From contig CM082590.2 in the NCBI GenBank assembly GCA_040954595.2, positions 5,332,001 to 5,396,000 of the forward strand: a DNA stretch of 64,000 nt. Reading direction: 5' to 3'. Origin of the DNA: Balanoglossus misakiensis (Eukaryota; Animalia; Hemichordata). Under the pieces are notes generated by a model. That model was not told the origin of the DNA, made no database searches, and was given only the letters and a program-made list of their open reading frames with translations. How positions within the stretch are numbered: the first letter of the stretch is position 1; the number at the start of each line of letters is the position of its first letter. This document shows positions 10,123 through 22,969 of this stretch, in pieces. The position numbers were made by a program, and so were the translations under genes.

Positions 10123-12125
10123 AATTACCCTTCGGCTCCCAAGAAAAGGACAAGGACAACTCTTTGGCAGGAAATATAGGAAGTACTTTTTATTTGCAAG
10201 ACTCCACCTTACAGAAACTAAATAAACAATAAACTCAAGTACAGGGAAAATAAACTCATGTAATAATGTTGGGAGTGGTGGGTGGGTTACAAAAGCAGAG
10301 AGCTCCCAAAACACGCACGCAGCATCTCAGGAAAGAGCTGTGTGTAAACTGCGCATGTGCAACTGGCCGATAGAGGGCTCACTAACCCGATGAGTAATTA
10401 GACATAATGACACATTATTAAACAAATTACCCTTTGGCTCCCAAGAAAAGGACAAGGACAACTCTTTGGCAGGAATTATAGGAAGTACTTTTTATTTGCA
10501 AGACTCCACCAAACGGAAGTACCGGCCAGAGAGTTGTCCAAATTAAAGTTAAAGCAATAAGTAAATTAAATAAATAGAAAAATTCTAAAATTGACACGCT
10601 AACAAGACCTGCTGATTTGAAACTAACAACTCTGAAACTGTGACTACAAGTCGTAACATGTGAAATACAGGCAGGTGGACAAGGGAATTTTAACATAATG
10701 CTCATAGGCGTCTGAGCGCCAATCCCCGTGGAGTTTGATCACGTCTGGGGGAACCCCTGCTGCATGGGCCAGGGAGGTTCCACCCCTACGCAAACTGTGA
10801 GCAGAATAAAGTTGGCTGTCTTTGCCAATGGCTTCCAGTAGTTTGCCAAGAGCCGATGAAAACGATGAAAATGTCAGACTGACAAGCTTCCCGTTCTGAG
10901 GGTAAATGGCTGATCTCTCGCGGCCGGCACCGAGGAGAGCATGAGTTTAACTGCCGACACAGGGCAAAGGGGGCTGCCAGGCAACGCTGCTAGCGGAATA
11001 AAGAGAGTGCGCTCATGACACTGCAGTGTCTTGGACCAACGCACTGCAAGCATAACGTGTTTATCACTAACTGCAATATGGCGCCTGGTGAGGTGGCGAT
11101 TGCGATCAAATGAGTGCTTGGAGGGAGGAACCAAGTTCGATTTCCTCAAAAAGGCAAAGAAACAGCGCACCAAACTGTTAAATGAAACTTGCTGGAAAGA
11201 TCAATAAATGTTGCCATTTCCTCCACCATGGGAACTGTCAAAGGCAACTTCTGAGAAGGTGTGTGGACACTGCTGTTTCTGATGCCTGTGAGCGCCAATT
11301 TGAAAACCAGGCATTCGAAAGGTTCCAGGCTGTGGCCGGTCAGTATATGAAGTGTCTTGACACCTGCGATATAATTGGTAACGGATGCAGGACTACTACA
11401 CGACCTGCTAAGAAACTGGGCATAAAAGCGCCAAAACTGTGGACGTTGTAGGCACCGCTTGAAAACCGTAGTGAAGTGCAAAACTTATATAGGAGCGGAA
11501 CTGAATATTCAGGTTCCTGAGCGTACCGTGACGAAAGGCTGCTAGCCGGGAGTTCTTGATCTCTTGTCTTAATAACTCCAGATCTTGCTGCACAGCTGCA
11601 AATAAATTAAAATAAGACGTTTAGTGAAAACAATGCTTCTGAAGGACGAGTTTCTTCAAGAAGTTTATCTCCTGTGAGTGAGGCAAAGGTGTCACGGTAC
11701 TTGCGGTCCAAATGCAAGCGTGACAAGCAATCGGCAATGCTGTTCTGAGCGCCAGGAAGATAGGCGCGCTTTCAGCTCGAACTGATGTGTCGCTGCAATA
11801 AACCAAAGTTCGCGCGTGGCTGACATGAGAAAGGGGTCGCGACCGCGGCCGGTGTTAAGAACCTGTACCGTGCTGCTGTTGTCACTGTAGACTAGAATGC
11901 GCAGAACTGTCCATTTGTCACCCCAAAGTCTGGCCGCCACTACGATGGTGAGCATTTCAAGGCAGTGGATAGGCTGTTGCTGCTGCAAGACAAAATCTGG
12001 GAATGGGGCATGGAAATACTGTGAGGCTGAGATTCCACCACATCCTGAAAGGCAAGCATCTGTACATATAACGCTGTTGGGTGTGGACCAGACCAGTTCC
12101 GGAATAATCGAAACGCCGTTATATA
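10123..12125 (-). mobile_element. 5'-truncated Ngaro-type (DIRS order) retrotransposon: RNase H, tyrosine recombinase and split direct repeats
   Basis: RNase H: ICTDACLSGCGG...IHCLEMLTIVVAARLW...VYSDN...NSIADCLSR. YR: FFAFLRKSNL...WSKT...CPV...AHSLRRGG...HGDWRSDAYEHY, in several frames. The 86-bp direct repeats at 10123-10208 and 10425-10510 fit a B1-A2-B2 3' end. Confidence 0.85.
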
Positions 12126-12126
12126 A

Positions 12127-12471
12127 AGGGACAAAATCACTCTCTCGCTGCCCTTTTACCATTAATTACGTTTGATACAAGACGCTGGTTATGTTATTCT
12201 ATATGTGGATATATAGTGAATCAACGTTCGACCACACACATCCTCCATCCCGTTTGTAGGATATGGGAGTAAAAATCTCGCCAAAATGAATAAATGGTAG
12301 ATACCGATTATTCATTTTGGCGAGTTGTTCACTCTTATGTCTTTTAGTGGGATGAAAGTTGTGTGTGATTGAACATTGATTTGCTATAACCACATTGTAT
12401 AATTACATTAACGTTGTCTGGTATCAAACATAATTAATGGCAAACGGGAAGCGAGAGGGGGCTTTGTCCCT
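12127..12471. mobile_element. Kolobok-like MITE
   Basis: About 55-bp imperfect TIRs (agggacaaaatcactctctcgctgccc... / ...gcgagagggggctttgtccct), with (A/T)TAA flanks. Related ends occur at about 395-458, 13010-13072 and 15937-15993. Confidence 0.7.
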
Positions 12472-13824
12472 TTAATGATGTGCATGCATGTCACCACCGT
12501 CCAATAACAATCAGATACGATAAAGGAATATTCATGTTTTCCAAACATTCTGCAGTTATGTAAATGTATTTCTTAGAGACAATTGAGCTTATTTTGTCTG
12601 TTAAGTATATTAAGATAAATTTTTTGACAAATTGCCAAAAATTAAAGAAATCTCGGTACAGTCAGAAATTCAGGCAATTTTAAAAGAAAGTGAAATATTT
12701 CAATGAAAAAGAAAACTATATTGTCTCAGTGTAGTACATTTACATCCATTTGTTTTAGTGGATGAGATTATGCTTTGTTTATAAAGTTTCAAAGAGGAGA
12801 ATGCAACGTTTTCATTGTTTTTAGTGTTCCCATGGTGGCCGCCATATTCCTTTGCGGCAAAGCTTTATTATTTATATGGTTAAAACTTGCACACACAATC
12901 TAAGCGTATATGCTTCAGTGCATTCACTATATGGGCTAATGGTTGTAAAGCTGACATGTGTGGTTGAACGTTGATTCACTATATATCCACATGTAGAATA
13001 ATATAAACAGTGTCTCTTATCAAATATTATTAATGGAAACAGGGCAGCGAGAGAGAGACTTTGTCCCTTTAACAAGGTATAAAGATAAAAAGTCCACCAA
13101 GTTCACGTAAAGCAAATGTTGAAGTTATCAATGCAGATATTTAACAAAATGAGCAAAGCATCTGATCCATCACGGCGATACTAAGTATCACGACATTGGC
13201 GATATTTCGTTATGACAGCTGCAGTATGGTAAACAACTGGATTTTGAAACCTACCCCATTTTTCAGCTTCAGTGTTATAACCAGTGATGTATTTGGAAGT
13301 TGTCTTCAATGCAGAAGTGCGCGAACTACTGGGACGATGGCAACAGAACTATATATATATAAACAGCGCAACAAAGGCACGTGATGAAAGTGTTTTGCAT
13401 AACAAGACTGATTGGATCGTTGCCAAAAAAACCTGTGATATACTTTCTGGGTTATACTGTACTATAAAGTGCACCTTTGAGTTTGGTGACCAAGAGTACA
13501 CTAATGAAGTCGCGGTCTGATGAGCACGTTATTGTAAAAGAAACCGGGCCAGGGTCAACAAACACCATTGTTTGGAATGCATTGTTTTGTGAGATAAACC
13601 ACACAGATGACTATCCTTCATCAAAAGAATGACCGACAACACATACAGAGAGAATAAAAAAGTAGTTCCTTTCAATACACCGCATCACCCATAAAGATAA
13701 CTTCTGTATGGCACAGATCACGCGCAGAGGTCATGAAGTTCTACATATTCTTCTACATGTTCTTTGTCTCTGGCGTTCCGTGCGTCGGATTTCGCCAGTA
13801 GAGAAGTTGTATTCAGCTAAATAC

Positions 13825-14190
13825 ATTCAATTCAATTCAATTCAATTTTATTTCACTTTCAATTTTTACATCGAATGGTGAACAATGTACTGATTAAGTG
13901 AAACAAGGAGGTAGGAAAAATAATGCATTCGCACTAGTCAAGTCCACCCCCTCATGGTGAACAGTAGAACACTTGGTTAGTAATACATACAAAAGGAACA
14001 AATAAAAGTCAAACTATGCTTTTCCTAACAAGGATTTCATCTGTTTCTTAAAGCCCCAGTATTTCTTGTGTGCATCCATTTTTCATCATCGAAAAAAGCC
14101 CGTTTTTCCAGTACATCCATCATGGAATACTATATAATGAAGATGTAAGAAAGGTTTGGGCAATTGTAGCTACATGCAAGCCGAAAATAT
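13825..14190 (-). mobile_element. LINE 3' end fragment
   Basis: The minus strand ends AATAAA followed by a (ATTGA)n tail; upstream coding remnants are degenerate. Confidence 0.55.
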
Positions 14191-14579
14191 CGCCCGTAAC
14201 ACTTGAAATGATGCGCGGGTTTGTTTACAACGGAAATGTTGTACATGTCGATCAGCAAACGTGCCACTTTGACATTTTGATGGTCAGACCATTTTCGGAT
14301 TTGATCTGGTTCCATCGACTGATTTCTCCCATAAAGTTATCTTCCCAAAATTTCGCCGAATTAGTGCGCATTTCTTCGCTGAGTCGCTTGATTTGGGGCG
14401 ACCAAACCTCTTCCGCATAGATTCACATTTGAGTGCGCATGCGCACTAGTCAACAGTGTCAACATTAGCCTGACTCACGTGACTTTCTGTCCGGACAAAA
14501 GTCATTCTTCACTCGTTATATTGTAAATTGTATGAGTTTATCAGCAGAGCTGGGGATGATGACTGTTCGATTCAGTATC

Positions 14580-14860
14580 AATTATCATCTACTTTTAGAA
14601 ATTATAGATGCCGTTTCAAACAAAATTTTGCCCCTACGAGAAATACTGTGGCTTTAAATGAACATTTTGACCTTGTTGAGCGCATATTTTCAGGAAGTTT
14701 ATTCCAAACCTTTGCTGCAGTGTACTTTTTGGAATGTTGGCCAGCATTACTGTTATATTTCGGCATAAAAAGTAATGTAAATTTAAAAAACAAACGACAT
14801 ATATCTGATTGATACATTGTTCGTGGATTAATCAAATGACTGTGTTTTTTATTAAATTGA
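14580..14860 (-). mobile_element. L2/CR1-group LINE ORF2 C-terminal remnant
   Basis: LFMPKYNSNAGQHSKKYTAAKVWNKLPENMRSTRSKCSFK (WNxLP..SFK terminal motif). Confidence 0.65.
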
Positions 14861-15029
14861 TGTTAATGGTGTTCGACTAGAAACAGTTCTACACCACCTG
14901 CACAAGATGATTGGTTTACAAAACAAGAATGAAAAGTCAGCTCCATAATGCTAAAACATAACAAAAAGTATCACTCAGATATATGTCGTTTGTTTTTTAA
15001 ATTTACATTACTTTCGTCAGATTCATTAA

Positions 15030-15535
15030 AGGCACATAAGCTGCAACTTTGGGCTAATTATCATAATTTTTGTTTCACATTGCACTACCATTAGTCCATG
15101 CAGATGAAGGCAGTGAACTATACACAAGCATCATAAACCCTAAATATGAGTGCATATGCAAGTTTTAACCAGATAAATAATAAAGCTCTGTCGCAAGCGA
15201 ATAAGGCCGCCACCATAGGAAAATGCAAGAAACAATGAAAATGTTGCATTTCCGGTTATGAAACTTCATAAACAAAACATGATCTCATCCACTTGAGCTC
15301 ATGGATGTAAATGTACACCTCTGAGACATAATATTTTCCTTTTTCATTGCAATATTGCACTTTTATTAAAATTGCAGATATTTTCGTTTTTCTTTAATTT
15401 TTGACCATTTTGTCATAAATAAGTGTTGAGCTTTTTATATTATCATGAAATATGATTTAATAGACATAATTTAAAGCATATACGAGATTATTTAAAACTT
15501 TAATTTTTTTATATCCAGTTGCAGCTCATGTGCCT
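15030..15535. mobile_element. Kolobok-like MITE with TTAA target site duplication
   Basis: TTAA-AGGCACATAAGCTGCAACT...AGTTGCAGCTCATGTGCCT-TTAA (19-bp TIR, 1 mismatch). An internal part recurs inverted at about 12620-12900. Confidence 0.8.
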
Positions 15536-16941
15536 TTAACCCTATGTACGACGTTTAGAGGGCCGAGGTGAAAGCGTTTATAAATACTTATTATGAAAGG
15601 GACATAGACGTATTCTTTGGGTTTTTTTTCAGCATTTTGTGTTCTGTGTACCAAATGCAACTTTTTGTTCTACTGCAAACAGAATGGTAATATATATCTA
15701 GTACTCCGCTTGTCACCATAGCCTGTAAGTGTGTAACTGCCATTGTTGTTGCTGACAAATGAATTCTAGTCCAGACTAGAATGCTTATTCTGAACAATAA
15801 CAATGCTGACTATACACATATAGGTTGTGTTAATAAGCTGGATACTGGGCATATCATCATACTTCAGGCATTTGAACAAGAAACTGCAGAAGACACACAA
15901 AACAAAGTACTCAAACATGTAGAATAACACAAAAGGTGTCTTGTATCAAACATAATTAATAGAATAAGGGCAGCGAGAGAGAGACTTTGTCCCATAATTG
16001 AACACGTGTGAAAAGAGCTCTAAACACTAAAAGTACAATCAACCTGTAAAAATAGCACTGGTGTTAACGCGTACAATGAAATGCTTCCTCTGAATACAAG
16101 TAAAAGAAATCATCTTCCAAAGAGCTTCCCTTTCATTGACATCACCGTGCAGGTGCTGAGTGGATAAAGAAGGCCTTGTTAATCATCGTGACCTGGTTTC
16201 ACCCAAATGCAATTGGGTTGACTGTTGAACGTGTGCCAATTCAAGAGTGAACCAGACTGTCTGGGTGTTTTGCGTCTGGCCATTTTTTTTTGCAATGAGA
16301 CTCAGATACCTACACAGGCCGTTCACTTATACATTTCACAAAAGAAGAGACGAAGGCCACTGATCAGCTACCATACATGCACACTCTAAAGCCAATCACT
16401 TTCCCGCAATTCTCCCTACCTTAAATAGGTTTTAAGCTACCTAAGTGAGTGATGAAAATCTCATATGGTCGACACAATTTTAAGATGGCCGGTTGAGGGC
16501 GCGTCAGTAAAGAGCCTTGTAGCGAACCGTGGGCTGTGAGAGAGTCAAGGTCAGTGAGTGTCTCTGATTTTCTGTCCCAGGGCTGCTTGAAAGAAGTTGC
16601 ACTGCTTGTAGGATTGCCTTGACACATGACACTTGATTGGGCATGTTCATATAGTTTATTTCTTTTTACATTTCCATATTTATATATGGTTAGGTCATAT
16701 CTGCTTGCCAATGTTACCTGCAATGTTCTCTAAACAAACATAATTTTTTAAAGCTTTGAGTCAATTTGAAGATTTGTAAAAGAGTCTGTACTTTGCATGT
16801 ATTGTGGATAATTTCCTTGAGTCACCAGTGAGTCAGTGGTGTATCATATGGGCTTAGAGGGCACACTGACAGTGACAAAACTATACCCCAAAGCGTTGCA
16901 GAATGGTCCCAAGCAGACATACATTTCCACAACTTCGCCTC

Positions 16942-17513
16942 CATAGGCGTAGGAACCAGGAGGGGGTGGTCATTTGCCCCCCCCCCCTCCAATGCTGAAG
17001 TGGGGGAGGGGGTAAGGATATACTTTTGCCCCCCCCCCCCAACTTTAGAGACAAAAAATTGCGGTTTGGAGATTGTTATATTACAAAATATTCTGTCAGA
17101 GGGGGACACCCCTTCCCACACCCATCCCTTTCATTCTTTCACACCTTTCATGTTTGGCCTGGTGTACCTGGGCAGAGTACTTGCCCCCCCTCCCCCCACC
17201 GATGCTAACTTTGATCGGCGAAGGTTAAATTTGTCCTCCCCAACATAGTAGAGTTAATTTGCTTTTGAGTTCATTAAAATGCAGCTTTGAGCTCTGTATT
17301 TAATACAATTTTCTAACGTGGGCACCCACTCCCAAACCCATCTTTACCAATTCTACTAACTATTGTAATGACTTGTCCTTTTAATTTGTTCATATATTAA
17401 TTTAATTATTTTATTTTATTTATGTATGCAAATTTCCATTGTAAGTCATTCACCACCAGAACGTTGGTTACATTTGCCCTCCCCCGAACCATGAATTGCT
17501 CCCTAAGCCCCTG
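16942..17513. mobile_element. GC-run-rich MITE
   Basis: Starts cataggcgtaggaacc and ends ctccctaagcccctg (degenerate TIRs). Shares an internal segment with about 9640-9745. Confidence 0.5.
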
Positions 17514-19756
17514 GATTCGCAAATTTTTTGTACAATGTGCACTCTCATCCATATGGGCTAAGATTATTCCTCAAATAATTTAGCGAAAATATAAACAGAA
17601 AATCATTTCCAATCAAATGCAACACAATTTGAATGACATCCAATGGGCTATTCATTGTCCTATCATAGAACATTGAAAGGGTATATGAATAAGGCTTTCC
17701 AACAAAAGGTACCACATAATTAGATTTAATAATTATTTTTCGCTTAGAATGAATATAGTGGAAACAAATTCTGAAAATATTGTCTCAATTTTATTCAAAC
17801 CAAATTGCCAATATTGAAATGAATTCTTCAAATACATGTCATCAATAATTGAAATATGAGGGGTATTAAAATTCAGTATGTTCAAAAATAATTCAATACA
17901 AACAAAGTTGTCTTAATCATGACAGCTGTCCCTGACACAGATGTACACATGGCCTATACGGGCACTGGCTAAACACATCTGTTTGACCCACGTCTATTAA
18001 CTTTACAAGTTTATCTTCACACTGATAAACTAGGGATTGACCAACCAGGTTAACATATTTGGGGGAAAATGTGCTTAAAGCATAGTAGGGATGCTTTTAC
18101 AGGAACAACATCCAAAACAAAAGGATCAGATCAGAGTGAATAATCCAAGCTGGCCAGTTTCTGTGTGGGGGATATTTGTGAGGTGAATTTACAAGCTTCA
18201 TACTTCACACATCTAGTTGTTTAAAACACAATATAGATTTTAAAAGGAAATATTACATTACAAAAGGCTGTGGTTTAAGTATTTTATCGACAAAATTATC
18301 AGATTGTACAGATGGTCTCAGAACATCCTTGGTTATTGAGCTGTCTTAAACACAGAAACTCGTGAAGTTTTTTGTCCTATTACTGAATATTCAAGGAGAT
18401 ATTGTCATTGCAATTAACCTTGTCCCTGCTGGATCAATGGATAAAGAGAACACTGAGTTAACATGAAATAAAGTCTGTCCCCACATGTCTGAGTAATGGT
18501 TCCATACAAAAGGATTCACTGACAGATGGAAGGTTATTTTTAAGATGGATGGTTTTGATCCAAGGGAAATGAAATGAAATCACTATATGCCACTTCTGTC
18601 AAGATTGTTAGTACATCAATTAAAATTTGCATATATCACATGTTGATATGCATAATTAAAGACATTAAATCTGTGACAGAAAAAAATTAACATACCGCAT
18701 ATATTTTCCGCAAAAAATACAAGTCACAAAGAAAAAAAAGCAAGTATTATATTAACACACCAAAAACTGCCGTATATTGATAAACTTGAAATTTGCAAAT
18801 GAATGTTTAAATGGAAACATTCATAATTCAAGAGGACATTAAAAACATGAAATTCTTGATAGTTTTAAAAACGCAAGTTATGTAATTCTACATTGATGCA
18901 CAATTCATAATAGTACTTGGTGTAAAGACAGACAATCTCCTTCTCTCTCTATTAAACATAGATTTGGCTACACATCAACAAAATGTGTTTAATGTCAGTT
19001 GTGGTATACTAGTCCATAAAAGAAATCACCACTTAAAATGCAAATATAAATTGAGATACTGCAATCCAATTCACCTGGGTCATTTGATTATGTTACAAAT
19101 GCAACCTCAAAGTGAATTTTCTCACAAGAAGATTGAAAGGCCACATTTTTATTTATCAAATCATAGGATTGGTCTCTGCACAGATATATACTGCATGAGC
19201 ATTGTTCCCATCATATAGTGAGTGATTAAAATGTCATTTCATCCAGTTATCTGTGACCATGCTTTTTTGGCCGATGAACATATGGTGAAGCAGTGTCTAA
19301 CTGGAAGATCTATTGTATAATTTCCTACAGTCACCTAAAAACAATTCCCACTACAACTAAACGCAGATCAAACATGAAATATTTCACTCTTTTGTCTGAA
19401 TTTGACATTGTTGGAACTGTTCTGGGGATGTATCCGAATAAAATTAATATAAGTATTATTCCTTGTACTTGGAAATAATGTCACAACTCTGCCATTATAT
19501 ACACAATGGGAAATGCAGTTACTGTGTAGTACATGTGTGGCCAGATCCAAATTCTGTAGTGTTTGGAATCTACCAGTCTTGCGCCCTCATGAGATGTTTG
19601 AGAGTACATTATGGATGCTAGGGTGTATTGATGGAAATGTTCGATTTATGTTTTGGTAACATTCATGCACATGTATTGTGGTATCACAGATACAATACTG
19701 TATGTTAATGTAGAGTATTGTGATAATCTTTAGGTGACACCCACATCAGTATGTCT

Positions 19757-22700
19757 CTAGTGTTTACTTGCCAGCTCACGAAAGTGAGTTTCACAAACCC
19801 AAATAACACCCGTGCCATATGCTATTGGCTGAAGGCCTCCAAACTGTCCATCTTCATCAGCTTTACCGAGAAAGCGTTGGAAATCTCTGCGGTGTATTGA
19901 CGATTTCATCTTTTCTAACTCCTGCATGGACTTTTGTAGTGGCTCTTTGGATATGTCATTCAATTCTGGATACTTGCTTCCAAAATCATCCAATAATTCT
20001 GACAGTAAGTTACCTGCTTTCCCAGCGATTGCTGGAAGTGTTTTTGCTGCTGCAGCAGCAGTACCAGTTGGATCTGGAATGAACTTCAACAGACCACCTG
20101 CTACCTCGATGATCTTCAGAATTCTACAGATATGCGGGCCATACTTCTTGAGAAAGCCATTCACATTTCTAACTCGATATCCCGGGGAATCAATGAAATG
20201 CAACTGTTGTGGCTTTTCACAAAGCAAGTGGACTGCATAACCATCAGAGAAGTGGGAAAACACATACTGTGTCAGTTGACCCACAACTGATAGGCTGCCT
20301 GTGTTAACCGACAGCATAACAAAGTGACTTGGGCAGCGCATGTCTTTGGACATGTCAAATCTAGTCTGGGTAGAAATTGGTCTTTCTACCCCATTCCACT
20401 GTAGTAGGTCTAATCTGCTGTGAAACAGGTGACTCTTTGATGTGGGGATGGAGCAGATTAGACTGCTTCCACTCTGCGTCATTTCTCCAATGAAGGGTTC
20501 ACGCAGAACAATACAGTGTGGGCATGATAGGGAATATGGTACCTTCATATCAACATTCATGTACTGAGGGGTGTTGAGAACATCCTTCACGATGCCTTGG
20601 AGTTGTTGCAGGAGGCAACAAGCCTGTGGTCCCCTAGCACTGACAAGGATACTGTTGCTATGGTAAAGCAACTCAAAACGCACAAGGTGCGCAGCATTAA
20701 CACTGCCATCAAAACAACCTGACTTGACACATTCGCCACATGGTTCCATCTCCTCGTTGCAAAGAAACACAATATTATTTCGTGTGTATGTGGGATGACT
20801 TGACTTTGCAAAAATGGCCTTCTCATTGACTGCTACTATTAGATCACAGAAAAACAGTGGAGGTAGAAAGCCAAATGGATAAAGGTGACTAGCCTGTCTG
20901 TCCTTGTTTTTGGGATATGGATACCAATTTTTCTCTGATGGCTGACCAACAGGTAACTTACAAGGAAACAAATAACCCTTCTTTGCTTCAACTGATGTTT
21001 GTTCGTCACCAAATGCAAAACAGATACGCAATGATGTAAAAACATCTAAAAGTGAGCCACGATATTCACTTTCGATGTCTGCCCAGGCTTTTACCATGTT
21101 CTCCATTGACAGTATGCCATTGTTATCAATGAATTCCCCAGACCCATCTTCCCTCGCATAAGATATCAGTGTCTTAAATTTATTAGCCAGCCAATGGGGA
21201 TCGAGTACTACCAGCACTTGCAGACCCTTGTCTCCAGTTGTACATCTAGATGGATCAACCACTATGTCACCCTGACTACATAGAAAACTGGTTGCATTAT
21301 CTAATGTCACACCCTTTTCAATTCCAATGTTACCAGCAATCTCCTGGTATTCCTTGTAGGTCATTACTGGGTTTGGACGTTTCAGTCGTTCTGATTTTAA
21401 GTTCACTCGCAAGAGATTCCACTTTTCTGGGATTTCTGGGTTTGTTGATTCCAAAAGATTATCACAAACCTTTGTTAGTGCTTTTTGCAACTGTGCAATG
21501 CTCTTATTCCCCTTGTATAATATCCAATTTGGGAATTTTTCTGTGCTGCAAACCTCAACATATCCAACAATGTGTGGACAAGAAGTCTGATCTCTTCCTT
21601 CTGAAGGAGGCATTTGACTTTCATCAACCAATTCCTCATCACCATCAATACTCACATATCCAGCTAATCCCTTAAACATACTCTTTCTTTTCAGCACATC
21701 TTGGTTCTGACACACTAAGCAATCTTTGCGCATATTTTGCCGGTAGTGCTTGCGATGTGTGTCTCTCATTTCAACAAGTGTATCATGAACCGTTTGCCAA
21801 ATCAAGGCGAGTACAGACCTGTTTAACATTGGCGCATCAGCATGGGTACCTACCAGAATAACTGGAGAATTTAGAGCATATGCAAACACAGTCTGCAACC
21901 ACAATTTCACTCTCCCCATTTGATGTGAAGATGACACCTTGTTCGTTGTTGAACTAATGGCAAATTTGCTGAGGTCAAAGGTGACCAAAAAGACACTGTC
22001 ATCTGTAATAAACAGTGAATGTGATTCCAGAAAATCTACATCCCCAGCAAAATCAAACACGGTCAACTTAATATCTCTCTCTTTGAGATTAATTTCCGAG
22101 ATGTCTATGCCATCAGTTTTCTGCACGTCTGATGATTCACCCTTCAATGCTTGCACTAGAGTTGTTTTTCCTACACGTTCATGACCAACGAGAACGACCT
22201 TGACATTCCTATTAGGCAACGTGTTTGTGTTCAGAAATTCCTTCAGGTAAGACAAGACAGCTTCCTTACCACCCCTTAAAATATCACGTGGTATGTTTAT
22301 GGATGGATTGCCTTCTATTCTTATGTATTCACAATCTACAAGTTTGCTCAACGATGGTGGTATTCTCTTAATTGAATTGTTACTCATATCCAATGTTGAT
22401 AAACCAGGAATTGAACCAATGTCCTCCTGCAGATCAGTCAAACCATTGTTATTTAAGAACAACTGTTTAACACTCCCACAAGCTATGTGTATTTGGTGTT
22501 GTTTCATTTTTCTGTCTGCTTGAGGTGATTTCTTCACTTGGAGGGTACAGTAACTAACATTCAGTATTTCAAATGACCCAGAATGTTGGATAGACCATGG
22601 TACAGGGATCTTAGTATCAATGCAGGTGAAATACCTAGCTGAGGGCAAAAGCCAACCAGCCACTTTCTTGGGATCAACAGACTTAACACTGATTAAAGTG

Positions 22701-22969
22701 AGACTTTCTGATACCTTTATGTTTCTCACCTCCTTGATGTCGACATTACATAACACTAATGAACTTAATTCTCTACCCTTCATAAGTACATCTAACCTTG
22801 ATAATGCTTTGCTGTCACCAACTACAACTGCATTTACTTTTTCGCCTCTGTTGTAAACAGCTGTCAACTTCTCTCCCAAAGTGTCATCTGACAAGTCGAG
22901 GACTTCATGCGTCAAATCGGAATGTTCAACTGTGATTAGTTCCATCTTTCCAGCTTTGAGTAACGCTTT
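19757..22969 (-). CDS. Terminal exon 8: LRRs, Roc GTPase, COR and C-terminal domain
   Basis: Acceptor tttttttccag|AAA adds KALLKAGK in frame before the ORF-track Met. LRRs LFLNNNGL/LDMSNNSI/IRIEGNP; P-loop GHERVGKTT; TDGID; DFAG; VGTHAD; COR motifs IPEKW, LDPHWL, FPCKLP; C-terminal HLLCE..H..GY...FGGL...WVCETH. Confidence 0.95.
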   Translation of the reverse strand, partial: KALLKAGKMELITVEHSDLTHEVLDLSDDTLGEKLTAVYNRGEKVNAVVVGDSKALSRLDVLMKGRELSSLVLCNVDIKEVRNIKVSESLTLISVKSVDPKKVAGWLLPSARYFTCIDTKIPVPWSIQHSGSFEILNVSYCTLQVKKSPQADRKMKQHQIHIACGSVKQLFLNNNGLTDLQEDIGSIPGLSTLDMSNNSIKRIPPSLSKLVDCEYIRIEGNPSINIPRDILRGGKEAVLSYLKEFLNTNTLPNRNVKVVLVGHERVGKTTLVQALKGESSDVQKTDGIDISEINLKERDIKLTVFDFAGDVDFLESHSLFITDDSVFLVTFDLSKFAISSTTNKVSSSHQMGRVKLWLQTVFAYALNSPVILVGTHADAPMLNRSVLALIWQTVHDTLVEMRDTHRKHYRQNMRKDCLVCQNQDVLKRKSMFKGLAGYVSIDGDEELVDESQMPPSEGRDQTSCPHIVGYVEVCSTEKFPNWILYKGNKSIAQLQKALTKVCDNLLESTNPEIPEKWNLLRVNLKSERLKRPNPVMTYKEYQEIAGNIGIEKGVTLDNATSFLCSQGDIVVDPSRCTTGDKGLQVLVVLDPHWLANKFKTLISYAREDGSGEFIDNNGILSMENMVKAWADIESEYRGSLLDVFTSLRICFAFGDEQTSVEAKKGYLFPCKLPVGQPSEKNWYPYPKNKDRQASHLYPFGFLPPLFFCDLIVAVNEKAIFAKSSHPTYTRNNIVFLCNEEMEPCGECVKSGCFDGSVNAAHLVRFELLYHSNSILVSARGPQACCLLQQLQGIVKDVLNTPQYMNVDMKVPYSLSCPHCIVLREPFIGEMTQSGSSLICSIPTSKSHLFHSRLDLLQWNGVERPISTQTRFDMSKDMRCPSHFVMLSVNTGSLSVVGQLTQYVFSHFSDGYAVHLLCEKPQQLHFIDSPGYRVRNVNGFLKKYGPHICRILKIIEVAGGLLKFIPDPTGTAAAAAKTLPAIAGKAGNLLSELLDDFGSKYPELNDISKEPLQKSMQELEKMKSSIHRRDFQRFLGKADEDGQFGGLQPIAYGTGVIWVCETHFRELASKH

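Noticed and set aside
13160-13300. Cadherin-like words (ASDP, KQLDFETYP, FSVITSD)
   Set aside because: The matches are short, split across frames and lack clear splice sites; too weak without a search.
22943-22945. ORF-track Met as the true start of the ROCO protein
   Set aside because: A strong acceptor 24 nt upstream keeps the frame open and completes an ankyrin cap with exon 7. Internal initiation cannot be excluded but is not needed.
19757-22969. Bacterial contamination or recent horizontal transfer of the intronless Roc-COR ORF
   Set aside because: It is joined by a spliceosomal acceptor to intron-separated exons and embedded among metazoan transposons. Large Roc-COR exons are known in animals.
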